Of a stretch of DNA of 25,197 bases, positions 16,333 through 24,798 are shown piece after piece. The position numbers and the translations under genes were made by a program. Position 1 is the stretch's first letter. Each line of letters starts with the position of its first letter. The notes under the pieces are model-generated. The model saw only the letters and a list, made by a program, of their open reading frames with translations. It had not been told where the DNA came from and did no database searches. The stretch lies in the NCBI GenBank assembly GCA_025453735.1, contig JALOPY010000001.1, positions 1-25,197 of the forward strand. Direction: 5' to 3'. The stretch comes from a bacterium (lineage in GTDB: Bacteria > Zhuqueibacterota > Zhuqueibacteria > Thermofontimicrobiales > Thermofontimicrobiaceae).

Positions 16333-17355
16333 ATGACAAAGCATATTAAAGCCATATTGATGATTGTTGGGCTGATGATCGTCCTCAGCTTTATGCTGAC
16401 AGGATGTTACACCCAATTGTCACGTCCTCGAATCGATACTGAGGATGAATATCAAAATAATCCAGAATATGAAGGGGAGGAGTATTATCAAGATCAAGAA
16501 GGCCAAGATTTATCGGAACAATCAGAAGGAAATACTTATATTTATAATTATTATCCGTACGTCGATCCGTATTTTGATTCCTGGTACTACTATCCTTATT
16601 CATGGCGCTATTATAATATGAGCTATCTGGGACCCTATCCGGATTATTGGTGGGATCCTTATGGGCGAGGGTGGATTCCGGGTTGGTATCTAGGATTTTC
16701 TTACTATGATACCTGGTGGGGAGGTTACCCCCGGCATGGAAATTCCTATTATGGAGATTATTCAAATCCATCGCAACGAACTTACGCAAAACGCCCCTTC
16801 GGAAGACGGTCAATTGACGCTGCTGATCGAGAACAACGAGCGATTGACACACAATCCGGGCTTGCCAAACCGCAGTCTCCAACGCGCGTGGACAGGCCGA
16901 CTTCAACCATAGCTTCCCCTGATCTCAGGAAAAAGCCAGGCGCTGACAATGCGAAGCGGGTTCGGACGAATCCAAATATAAAAAAACCAGGAAACGTGGA
17001 TGACGCTAGTCGCCAAACTAAGGTCAAACCTCGTGTTCCCGTGCGGAGGACTGAACCACAAAGTGATTCGCCTCGTAGCTCGAAATCATATTCAAAGCCC
17101 AAAATGATCGAAACCGCTCCAGCTCAAAAGAAGGACACGAATACGAATAGAAGCTATAAACCAACACAACGATCAGATAGCAAAAGCAGCACGCCGTCTC
17201 GTTCCAACAATGCGCAGGTGAGCAAACCATCGACTCGTTCCAGTACACCGAGTAGCAGCGCAACACCCAGGAGCTCCAGTTCTTCAACGAGCTCTAGCTC
17301 AAAAGGAACCAGCTCTTCAAAAAGCTCTGGATCATCAAAAACGAATAAAAAGTAA
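16333..17355 (+). CDS. Low-complexity lipoprotein: acidic N-terminal segment, Tyr/Trp/Pro/Gly-rich core, Ser/Arg/Lys/Pro-rich disordered tail
   Basis: Likely start ATG 16333 (GAGGTG 16321-16326) and lipobox LTG-C. Composition read directly from the translation. Confidence 0.78.
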   Translation: MTKHIKAILMIVGLMIVLSFMLTGCYTQLSRPRIDTEDEYQNNPEYEGEEYYQDQEGQDLSEQSEGNTYIYNYYPYVDPYFDSWYYYPYSWRYYNMSYLGPYPDYWWDPYGRGWIPGWYLGFSYYDTWWGGYPRHGNSYYGDYSNPSQRTYAKRPFGRRSIDAADREQRAIDTQSGLAKPQSPTRVDRPTSTIASPDLRKKPGADNAKRVRTNPNIKKPGNVDDASRQTKVKPRVPVRRTEPQSDSPRSSKSYSKPKMIETAPAQKKDTNTNRSYKPTQRSDSKSSTPSRSNNAQVSKPSTRSSTPSSSATPRSSSSSTSSSSKGTSSSKSSGSSKTNKK

Positions 17356-17370
17356 GGCGGAGAGATAGCA

Positions 17371-18660
17371 ATGAGAAAAAATATATTTATAATTTTGATA
17401 GTGGGATTTCTGTTCCTGAGTCCGAATGTTTATTCACAAAGTGAAGCCTTTTTCCTGGGCTATGGTTCAGGAGTCGGCGGCAGAGCATTATCAATGGGGA
17501 GCGCATACCTGGCAATCGCAGATGATTATTCAGCTACACTGTGGAATCCCGCGGGCTTGACCCAGTTGCGACGTATGGAATTATTTGCTTCCCTGTCGCA
17601 CTCACAATTTATGAACGAAGCAACGTTCCAGGGATCATCAAATACGGATAAAACATCGAAGACTAATCTCAACTCAGTAGGATTCGCTTTTCCAATTCCA
17701 ACTTACCGGGGAAGCCTTGTATTTGCCGTCGGTTATAACCGAGTCAGAAATTTTGATTCCGGTTTTTCATTCTCACAGTTTGTGAGTGATCCTGGTGTGC
17801 AACAAGATTATACCGAGATTGAAGAAGGTGGGCTGAATAACTGGGTTTTTTCCGGAGCCATGGAAATGACGCCAAATTTGTCTATTGGAGGCTCGCTGAA
17901 CTTGTGGCGTGGAAAAGACGACTATCATTTGAACTTATTCGATCAAGATGTTCAGAATTTATTTTACTATAAAGATTTTAGCTATGACCAGCAGCTTGTC
18001 ACCGACTATAGCGGAGTCAATTTTAAATTTGGCGCTCTCTATAAATTCTTAAAAGTTTTCCGGTTTGCCGCCACGATCGCCACGCCAGTCACGCTAAACG
18101 CTGATGAAAAATGGCGTGAAACGACTCAGCAAATAGAGGATGCGGATAGCCCGTATGAAGATTATGAAGAAACTGAAAGCAGCTCATGGAAATATAAAAT
18201 AAGGGCACCCTTTGTTTTTTCTGCCGGCAGCGCTGTCACATTGCTGCCCAATATCGTGCTATCGGCAGATGTGGAATATACGGACTGGTCACAAACCAGG
18301 TATTTGTCAGAACCACCGGTCGGTGATGAATTTAAGCAGAACCTCAATTTCAAGCAGGATTTTGATCAAACGATCACCTATCGCTTTGGCGGCGAATTTA
18401 CAGTTCCATTGATAAATACCCAATTGCGAGCCGGAATGATTCGACAACCCTCACCATTAGTAAATGCTTCTTCAAAAGCAGATCGAAATTATCTCACGCT
18501 CGGCGGTGGGATTCTTTTGGATAAACAAGTCAAAATAGATTTTGCCTGGGTGCGTGGCTGGTGGGAAAAAGAGGGGTCATACTTTTCCGACGATTTACCC
18601 TCAGTCAATGAAAAAATTAACCTGGATAAATTTTTCGCCACGATGTCGATTCGGTTCTAA
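17371..18660 (+). CDS. OmpP1/FadL/TodX-family outer-membrane beta-barrel
   Basis: Signal peptide ending VYS-Q, N-terminal GRALSMGSAYLAIADDYSATLWNPAGL (FadL/PorV-type hatch motif), amphipathic strands and terminal Phe (MSIRF, beta-signal). Confidence 0.88.
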   Translation: MRKNIFIILIVGFLFLSPNVYSQSEAFFLGYGSGVGGRALSMGSAYLAIADDYSATLWNPAGLTQLRRMELFASLSHSQFMNEATFQGSSNTDKTSKTNLNSVGFAFPIPTYRGSLVFAVGYNRVRNFDSGFSFSQFVSDPGVQQDYTEIEEGGLNNWVFSGAMEMTPNLSIGGSLNLWRGKDDYHLNLFDQDVQNLFYYKDFSYDQQLVTDYSGVNFKFGALYKFLKVFRFAATIATPVTLNADEKWRETTQQIEDADSPYEDYEETESSSWKYKIRAPFVFSAGSAVTLLPNIVLSADVEYTDWSQTRYLSEPPVGDEFKQNLNFKQDFDQTITYRFGGEFTVPLINTQLRAGMIRQPSPLVNASSKADRNYLTLGGGILLDKQVKIDFAWVRGWWEKEGSYFSDDLPSVNEKINLDKFFATMSIRF

Positions 18661-18685
18661 CTGAAGCAATCAAAAATTAACACAC

Positions 18686-18729
18686 AAAATCTCTGTCATG
18701 TTTTCTTATTCATGGCAGAGATTTTTTTT
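18686..18729 (+). terminator. Intrinsic terminator after the FadL-like gene
   Basis: AAAATCTCTGTCATG (18686-18700), 10-nt loop, CATGGCAGAGATTTT (18711-18725): a 15-bp stem with one G-U pair, running into T8 (18722-18729). Confidence 0.8.
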
Positions 18730-18746
18730 AGTTCACATTTTAGAGT

Positions 18747-20855
18747 ATGAGCAATTCAAAGTTAATTAGCGGTTTAATTTTTACATTTCTTCTTTTTGCA
18801 TCAATTGCTGCAACTTTTGCCAGAGATAAGCGCGGCGAGATCGAAGCGGAGGAGCATTATCAGCAGGCGCTGCTGCATTATCAAAACGGCAAAACTGACC
18901 TGGCGATTCAACAATTGAAAATTGCGCTCAAACTGAATAGAAAATTAGCAAAGGCTTACAATCAATTGGCACTGATTTATATGGCGGAAGGAACCGTGCA
19001 TGGTCGTTTTAATGCTACTATCGAATTAAATTATGCAAGAAGATTGGAACCGAAAAATATAGAATTTTTATTTAATGAAGCGATATTGAATTTAAAAAAG
19101 GGATTTTCTTTTAACGCCGAAAGACAATTTAAAAAAATCATCAGCCTTGATCCCACGAATTACCAGGCTTATTTTCAGATCGCCCAGATCAAAGAAGATG
19201 AGATGCTCCATTACCAGGACATGATCAGCTTCGAGCCAGGCAGTGACGGCATTATTTCAATGCAATCCTTTGCAAAAAAAATAAAAGAAGAAGCTGCCGA
19301 CTGCTATAAAGAAGTTATTGCAATTCACCCTACCTTTGCCGATGCTTACTACCGTCTCGCCCTTATCTTTTATGAATTTGATGATCATCAACAAATGATC
19401 CAGCTTCTGGAGAGCGCTGTTAAAATCATTCCCGAGGATAAAAATTGCCACCTGTTTTTGGGATTTGCTTACCAAAACCTCGGCGATTTTCAGCACGCCG
19501 CAGAGCAGTATCAAATTGCCAGAGGATTGCTGACGCCGGAAGAACTCGAGATCATTGAATCGCTCAACCCAATTTTAACGCCTGAGCAGATGAAGCAATA
19601 TCAAACACTCGCGGCAACAACGGAAAAAGATGATATTCATGCTATTTTCTGGCGGAGCAAAGATCCTTTTTATTTAACTGAAGTGAATGAACGCGTGCTG
19701 GAACATTTCAGCAGAGTGGCTTATGCAAATTTGCGTTTTTCAAATCTCGGAAAAAAGATCGAGGGCTGGAAAACAGACCGGGGGAAGGTGCTGATTCGAT
19801 ATGGCAAGCCCGATTTGCAATATCGCACTAGAGCTTATATCGGTTCATCTCCCGGTCAGGGCAGAAATCCGCTGAACCATTCCAAGGAATTTTGGATTTA
19901 TCCCCAGTTTCATTTTATTTTCGAGGATCGATTCCTTTCAGGCAATTATGCCTTTGCCTGGGGTGATCGCCCTGAAAATGATTATAAAGAAATTTATAAT
20001 GAAATGATAAAGCAAGTGCCCGATTATTATCGAATGATTCCTGACTCTCAACATTTCGATGTTCCACTGGATATCGTGGCATTCCAGGGACAAAATGGAA
20101 AAACCGAGCTAGAGTTCTGCTATGTGATTCCGATAAATGAAATTAAGCCGAGGGGAGATAGTTTCAATCTAAATCATGGATTGTTTTTGTTCGATAAATC
20201 ATGGACGCCAGTTGCCCAAAAAATCCAGCGAGTAACATTCCGCTCCAGCGATACTGTTACTGTAAATTCCAGAGCCTATTATGCGAACCAGGAGCAGGTT
20301 GAAATTGCCCCAGGCGATTATCATTTCGCGTATGAGTTTGAAGATAGCAAATCAAATAAACGATCGAAGATTCATCAGACCATATCGGTCGATACATTTT
20401 CCTACCGCAAGTTTGAGATGAGCGATGTTTTATTCGCGAAGGAATTATTGCCTCCCAATTTGAATGTTCCTCCGGCACGATCGGATTTTAAGATTACACC
20501 AAATCCATTACGAGTCTATCGCAATGCAGAACCGGTTGTCATCTACTTTGAGCTGTATCAGCTTTCCAAACGATCGGATGGACAAACCCGATTCCAGATT
20601 GAATATCAGATCGGAATTGATTTTGAATCACTGCCTTCGCTAACAAAGCTTTTCACCACGATTGGCTTGAAAAAAAAGTCCGGTGCCGTGACGTCAGGTT
20701 ACGAATTTTCTGGGGAGTCAGCCACTGAATTGCAATACCAGAAAATTTTGCTAGATCCGAATATCACGGGCAAAATTGTGCTTACATTAAAAGCAACAGA
20801 TTTGCTGACTGGTGAAACAGTACAAAAACAGGAGAAATTCATAGTTGTCGAATGA
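18747..20855 (+). CDS. GWxTD domain-containing exported protein with N-terminal TPRs
   Basis: Signal peptide, TPRs (AYNQLALIY, AYYRLALIFY, HLFLGFAYQNLG), then FWRSKDP...NE...EHFSRVAYAN...EGWKTDRGKVLIRYGKP, the GWxTD signature. Confidence 0.9.
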   Translation: MSNSKLISGLIFTFLLFASIAATFARDKRGEIEAEEHYQQALLHYQNGKTDLAIQQLKIALKLNRKLAKAYNQLALIYMAEGTVHGRFNATIELNYARRLEPKNIEFLFNEAILNLKKGFSFNAERQFKKIISLDPTNYQAYFQIAQIKEDEMLHYQDMISFEPGSDGIISMQSFAKKIKEEAADCYKEVIAIHPTFADAYYRLALIFYEFDDHQQMIQLLESAVKIIPEDKNCHLFLGFAYQNLGDFQHAAEQYQIARGLLTPEELEIIESLNPILTPEQMKQYQTLAATTEKDDIHAIFWRSKDPFYLTEVNERVLEHFSRVAYANLRFSNLGKKIEGWKTDRGKVLIRYGKPDLQYRTRAYIGSSPGQGRNPLNHSKEFWIYPQFHFIFEDRFLSGNYAFAWGDRPENDYKEIYNEMIKQVPDYYRMIPDSQHFDVPLDIVAFQGQNGKTELEFCYVIPINEIKPRGDSFNLNHGLFLFDKSWTPVAQKIQRVTFRSSDTVTVNSRAYYANQEQVEIAPGDYHFAYEFEDSKSNKRSKIHQTISVDTFSYRKFEMSDVLFAKELLPPNLNVPPARSDFKITPNPLRVYRNAEPVVIYFELYQLSKRSDGQTRFQIEYQIGIDFESLPSLTKLFTTIGLKKKSGAVTSGYEFSGESATELQYQKILLDPNITGKIVLTLKATDLLTGETVQKQEKFIVVE

Positions 20856-21789
20856 AGTGAAGAAAACAGCCAAAAGAATTTTAATTACCGGCGGGAGTGG
20901 TTTCCTTGGCAGCCATCTTTTTTCATTAGCTTGTCAAAAATTTGAAGCTCATGCTACCTACCAATCGAATCCAATCAACCATGCCAATGGTTTTACTTAC
21001 AAGGTAAACCTGGCTGAAATTAAAGCGATTAATCCATTGCTGGACAGGGTAAAGCCGGATGCAATTATTCATACCGCGGCAATCGCAAATCCCGATTATT
21101 GTGAGCAAAATAAAACCGAAGCCGAAACCGTAAATGTTCTTGCCACACAGCAGATCGCGGATTGGTGCGGTCGAAACAAAAGCAAACTGATTTTTACCTC
21201 GACAGATATGGTTTTTAATGGTGAGGCAGGTAATTATCAAGAATCAGATTCGCCTGATCCAAAAAGCTTTTATGCGCAGACCAAATCCAGAGCTGAGAAA
21301 GCTGTTTTGAATTCAAATTCACAAAACATAGTGGCAAGAGTTGCATTGGTTTACGGAATGGGGATCGAACGCAAATCAAGCTTTTTTGAGCAGATGGTGA
21401 ATCGGTTAAGAAATGGGGAACATGTCAGTTTATTTTGCGATCAATTTCGGTCACCGATTCTGGTGAATAACCTGGCTGAAGCATTGCTGGAGTTGGCGGA
21501 AAATGACTTTTCCGGGATCATTCATTTAGGCGGAAGTGAACGAATCAGCCGCTGGGATTTTGGTTTGAAAGCATGTCAAGTCTTAAACCTGCCATCAGGA
21601 TTTATTGAAAAAACATCAATGCATGATTTCAGCACAATTGCTTTTCGACCAGGAGATATTTCCCTGGATTGCAGCCTCGCAAACAAGGTTTTAAAAACGA
21701 AACTGCTAAATTGCGATGAGGGGCTGGAAATTATAAAGGCAATGCAAGTTTATGAATCGAGCGGAGTTCGTGTTTCATCAAAAAATTAA
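20845..21789 (+). CDS. rfbD: RmlD/RfbD-family NAD(P)-dependent SDR (dTDP-4-dehydrorhamnose reductase-like)
   Basis: ILITGGSGFLG Rossmann motif, STDMVFNG, YAQTK (YxxxK) and DQFRSP match the RmlD subfamily. TTG start with AGGAG at 20830-20834 overlaps the GWxTD stop. The exact substrate is not certain. Confidence 0.72.
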   Translation: MSNEVKKTAKRILITGGSGFLGSHLFSLACQKFEAHATYQSNPINHANGFTYKVNLAEIKAINPLLDRVKPDAIIHTAAIANPDYCEQNKTEAETVNVLATQQIADWCGRNKSKLIFTSTDMVFNGEAGNYQESDSPDPKSFYAQTKSRAEKAVLNSNSQNIVARVALVYGMGIERKSSFFEQMVNRLRNGEHVSLFCDQFRSPILVNNLAEALLELAENDFSGIIHLGGSERISRWDFGLKACQVLNLPSGFIEKTSMHDFSTIAFRPGDISLDCSLANKVLKTKLLNCDEGLEIIKAMQVYESSGVRVSSKN

Positions 21790-21893
21790 GGAAAAAAGGA
21801 TAAGCAAATTTTTATCTGTTGGATTCTCCTTCGGCGAATCAATTAATAGAAATCTACCGAAGGAAGATTGTTTCTATCATTTATGTTAAAAAA

Positions 21894-23171
21894 TTAAAAT
21901 TTCACCCGTTCGAACATCTCGCGCTCTTGCCCCAGGTTTTTGATCGTTGCATCCAATCCCATTTTTGTGCCACGACTTTTTTTACCTTCCACATGAATAG
22001 CTGAGGGATCAAGGGAGCTTGACGGCTGATCAGGCATCACAAGCAAATCTTTATCCGCTTGAAACCGAGTCGCGATTGCCCATTCGACATCATGCACATT
22101 GTGAATATCGATATCATCATCCACGACGATGCAATGTTTTAATGAGCGATGCGCGTGAAATGCAGCAGCCAGTGCTTTTTCTCCATCAGCGGCAGTTTCT
22201 TTTTTGATCTGTACCACAGCGTGTAGCCAGGAGCATCCGCCAGACGTTAGCGTCACATCGCAGCATTGACAAACTTCATTGACGGCTTGGAAGATGTCCA
22301 CTTCTTTTGGCATGCCCATTAGAATTCTATGCTCCGAACGACCCGGAACCAGGGCATGATAAATCGGATTATTGCGCCAGGCAATTCTCGTGATTTCGAC
22401 CAAAGGCTGTTGCCGGACGATATCCCAGGTTCCTGTGATATCGACAAATGGACCCTCGCGGGCAAATTCTCCTGTGAAATGTCCTTCTAAAACAATCTCA
22501 CAATCGATCGGCACATGGATATCAATGGTTTTGCATGGCGCCAATGTGATGGGGGTTAATCTGGCAGCCAATTTCATCTCATCAATTTCACCGGGTGGAG
22601 AAAACGATGCCGCGAGCAAGACGGCCGGCGGCGGAGCAATGCAAATTGCCACCTCGGCTTTTCCTTGTGAATGAGCCAGCGCGTGATGCGTGCCACGATT
22701 CTCAACAACTCGAACACTTCCCCGTTTTTGATCCAGCAGCATCATCCGGTGATAGGATAGGTTCCTGCCCAATTCAGGATCATTGACGATCCAGACGGCG
22801 GAAGTGAGATAATATCCACCATCGCCAGGATAATGAAATAAGATCGGCAGCTTCGAGAGATCGATACTGGATAATTCCTGATCGCCATAAGCTTGTTGCC
22901 GGACTTCCAAAGTTTCTTCGGGCGAATCCAATTTTTGAGCCAACTGCGATAAAAAATCAGCATGCTGCAATTGCAAGTATTCTGCAAATTTTTCTCTTGA
23001 GAAAAAAATATTGCCAGCCACTTGCATATCTGAAACAGATTCAAATAGTACCGGATCAGGCTCAAGCTCGATTAGTCTTTTGCTGACCTGAAGGTAGGGG
23101 GGAAGCGGCTCTGAAACGGTTTTTAAACGACCGCTATTTTTTTCGTTTGAAATACATGCTCTGAAATCCAT
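21894..23171 (-). CDS. ubiD: UbiD-family prFMN-dependent decarboxylase, probably anhydromevalonate-phosphate decarboxylase (AMPD)
   Basis: Likely start ATG 23171 (AAGGA upstream). UbiD motifs NLSYHR, EIVLEG, EGPFVDITGTWD, PIYHAL..G.SEH..LMGMP.E, GGCSWLHAVV and VVDDDIDI; short (~425 aa); co-operonic with ubiX, mvk and HMG-CoA reductase. Confidence 0.88.
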   Translation of the reverse strand: MDFRACISNEKNSGRLKTVSEPLPPYLQVSKRLIELEPDPVLFESVSDMQVAGNIFFSREKFAEYLQLQHADFLSQLAQKLDSPEETLEVRQQAYGDQELSSIDLSKLPILFHYPGDGGYYLTSAVWIVNDPELGRNLSYHRMMLLDQKRGSVRVVENRGTHHALAHSQGKAEVAICIAPPPAVLLAASFSPPGEIDEMKLAARLTPITLAPCKTIDIHVPIDCEIVLEGHFTGEFAREGPFVDITGTWDIVRQQPLVEITRIAWRNNPIYHALVPGRSEHRILMGMPKEVDIFQAVNEVCQCCDVTLTSGGCSWLHAVVQIKKETAADGEKALAAAFHAHRSLKHCIVVDDDIDIHNVHDVEWAIATRFQADKDLLVMPDQPSSSLDPSAIHVEGKKSRGTKMGLDATIKNLGQEREMFERVKF

Positions 23172-23188
23172 GATTGGCAATCCTTGCT

Positions 23189-23755
23189 TTATTCAAAATG
23201 AAAATCAGCTCCCCATCGCTGGTAGAGATCATTAGCGATGCCGAGCAGATCGAGAATTTTGCCGACAAAAAAATCAGTCATCTCATCAATTGATTTTGGA
23301 AGATGATAGTATGCTGCCATTGACGGACAAATGATTGCGCCAGCCTGCCTGAGCTTCAGCATATTTTCGAGATTAGCTTGGGATAGAGGCGTTTCCCGGG
23401 GACTGAGAATTAGCGGACGATTCGTTCTTAGCTGGTTTTCAGCGGCTCGGATGATGAGATTTTCTGAATAGCCGCTTGCGATTGCTGCCAGTGTTTTCAT
23501 CGAGCAGGGAGCGACAACCATGCTATCGATCAAAAAGGAGCTGCTGTTTATCGGCGCCGTGCCATCGTGCTCATCAAAAAAATGAGCTTTTGGTGGAAGC
23601 TGAAAGTCTTTTCCGATTTCATGTTCAACGACCGACAAAGCATTTTTCGTTAAAATTCCGATAACATCGAAATCCCGTCTGAGCAGCTCTTCGATCAGGC
23701 GAATGCCAATAATTACGCCACTGGCGCCTGTTATGCCAACGACAAATCTTTTCAT
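23189..23755 (-). CDS. ubiX: UbiX flavin prenyltransferase
   Basis: True start ATG 23755 overlaps the mvk stop (ATGA). Motifs VVGITGASG, VAPCSMKTLAAIASG, LIIRAA, PRETPL and IDEMTDFFVGKILDLLG. Confidence 0.95.
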   Translation of the reverse strand: MKRFVVGITGASGVIIGIRLIEELLRRDFDVIGILTKNALSVVEHEIGKDFQLPPKAHFFDEHDGTAPINSSSFLIDSMVVAPCSMKTLAAIASGYSENLIIRAAENQLRTNRPLILSPRETPLSQANLENMLKLRQAGAIICPSMAAYYHLPKSIDEMTDFFVGKILDLLGIANDLYQRWGADFHFE

Positions 23756-24696
23756 TTGAGTTTTGTCGTAAAGCTTCTCACCGCGCCGGCTTTTAACAGA
23801 TCGGCTGCGATATTTTCCGCTGTCACGCCGTCTTTCGCCACGGCAACCATGCAGCCACCTTTTCCAGCGCCACAAAGCTTGGCGCCCAATGCGCCGCGCA
23901 TCGTTGCTGCATTTACCAGATTTTCTAACTCTGGGGAAGAAACACCGATTCGTTGGAGCAGATTCTGGTTTTCATCCATTAATTTTCCCAGTTTTTTGGC
24001 GTCACCATCTTTCAGAGCCAGAGCGCCGTCGCGGGCGATTTGTCCGATCTGGGTGAATATTCGATCAAACTGTTCCTGATTTGAATTCCGTGCTGCGGCG
24101 ACCTGGGCGACAACATCGCCGGTTTTTTTGCTGATGCCTGTGTCGCCAACGATGAAAAACATACTGCCGGGATGAATGGGCGACGGCTCCCGGTCTTTGC
24201 GGAACAATATCGGCTTTTCCAGGGAGATGACCGTGTTATCAATACCGCTCGGCGTTCCGTGGTGAATTTTTTCCAGCTCGAATGAATAGTTAATCAACTC
24301 CCGGGGTGCGATAACTTTCATCATCGCTTTGGTTAGGGCTCGAATAATCGCAATGCTGGTTGCCGCGCTGCTTCCCAATCCTCGCTCGATCGGAATTTTC
24401 GACCAGATCGTCAGGCGCCAGCCCGATTTCGGCAGCTTGACAATTTTATCATGAATCAATTGAATCGTTTTGATTATGTGACCAATCGATTCTGGATGTG
24501 AAGCTGCGCTAAGCGTTGTTTCGATTTTTAGATCTTTTGCTTCGATGACAGGATCAGCAACTGCGGCATCGATTGAAATAGCAGCCGATGTGCGGACATC
24601 CTGGATCGGAATTGCCACTGCTGGTTGCCCATAAACAACAGCGTGCTCACCAAACAGAATTATTTTTGCTGAAGCAGAAGCGTGTGTTGAGATCAT
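23752..24696 (-). CDS. mvk: Mevalonate kinase (GHMP family)
   Basis: SAKIILFGEHAVVYGQPAVA, PIERGLGSSAA, HGTPSGID and GAKLCGAGKGGC; adjacent to HMG-CoA reductase. Confidence 0.93.
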   Translation of the reverse strand: MISTHASASAKIILFGEHAVVYGQPAVAIPIQDVRTSAAISIDAAVADPVIEAKDLKIETTLSAASHPESIGHIIKTIQLIHDKIVKLPKSGWRLTIWSKIPIERGLGSSAATSIAIIRALTKAMMKVIAPRELINYSFELEKIHHGTPSGIDNTVISLEKPILFRKDREPSPIHPGSMFFIVGDTGISKKTGDVVAQVAAARNSNQEQFDRIFTQIGQIARDGALALKDGDAKKLGKLMDENQNLLQRIGVSSPELENLVNAATMRGALGAKLCGAGKGGCMVAVAKDGVTAENIAADLLKAGAVRSFTTKLK

Positions 24697-24737
24697 CTGA
24701 TTTTTTTTGATAAGCTTAATTTAGTAATCATTAACAT

Positions 24738-24770
24738 ACAGATTCCATCGCTCCAAGCGATGGAATCTGT
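24738..24770. repeat. Perfect 15-bp inverted repeat (REP-like hairpin) between hmgR and mvk
   Basis: ACAGATTCCATCGCT (24738-24752), CCA loop, AGCGATGGAATCTGT (24756-24770); no U-tract on the coding (-) strand. Confidence 0.8.
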
Positions 24771-24798
24771 GTAAAATTCGAAAGCTGAATGAGCATGA

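Noticed and set aside
16391-17287. Antisense ORFs of 171, 106 and 87 aa over the low-complexity lipoprotein
   Set aside because: Low-complexity sense codons suppress antisense stops; no independent coding signal.
21827-21864. 8-bp inverted repeat (TCCTTCGG/CCGAAGGA) between the convergent rfbD and ubiD
   Set aside because: The position suits a bidirectional terminator, but the loop is 22 nt and there is no clean U-tract on either strand.
21894-23755. ubiD/ubiX as ubiquinone or phenolic-acid decarboxylation genes
   Set aside because: No ubiA/ubiE or aromatic-catabolism context, and direct coupling to mvk and HMG-CoA reductase favours AMPD. Not fully excluded until PMDh is found.
23756-23875. 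40-aa N-terminal extension of the UbiX ORF
   Set aside because: It lies inside mvk in another frame; UbiX homology begins at MKRFVVGITGASG (ATG 23755).
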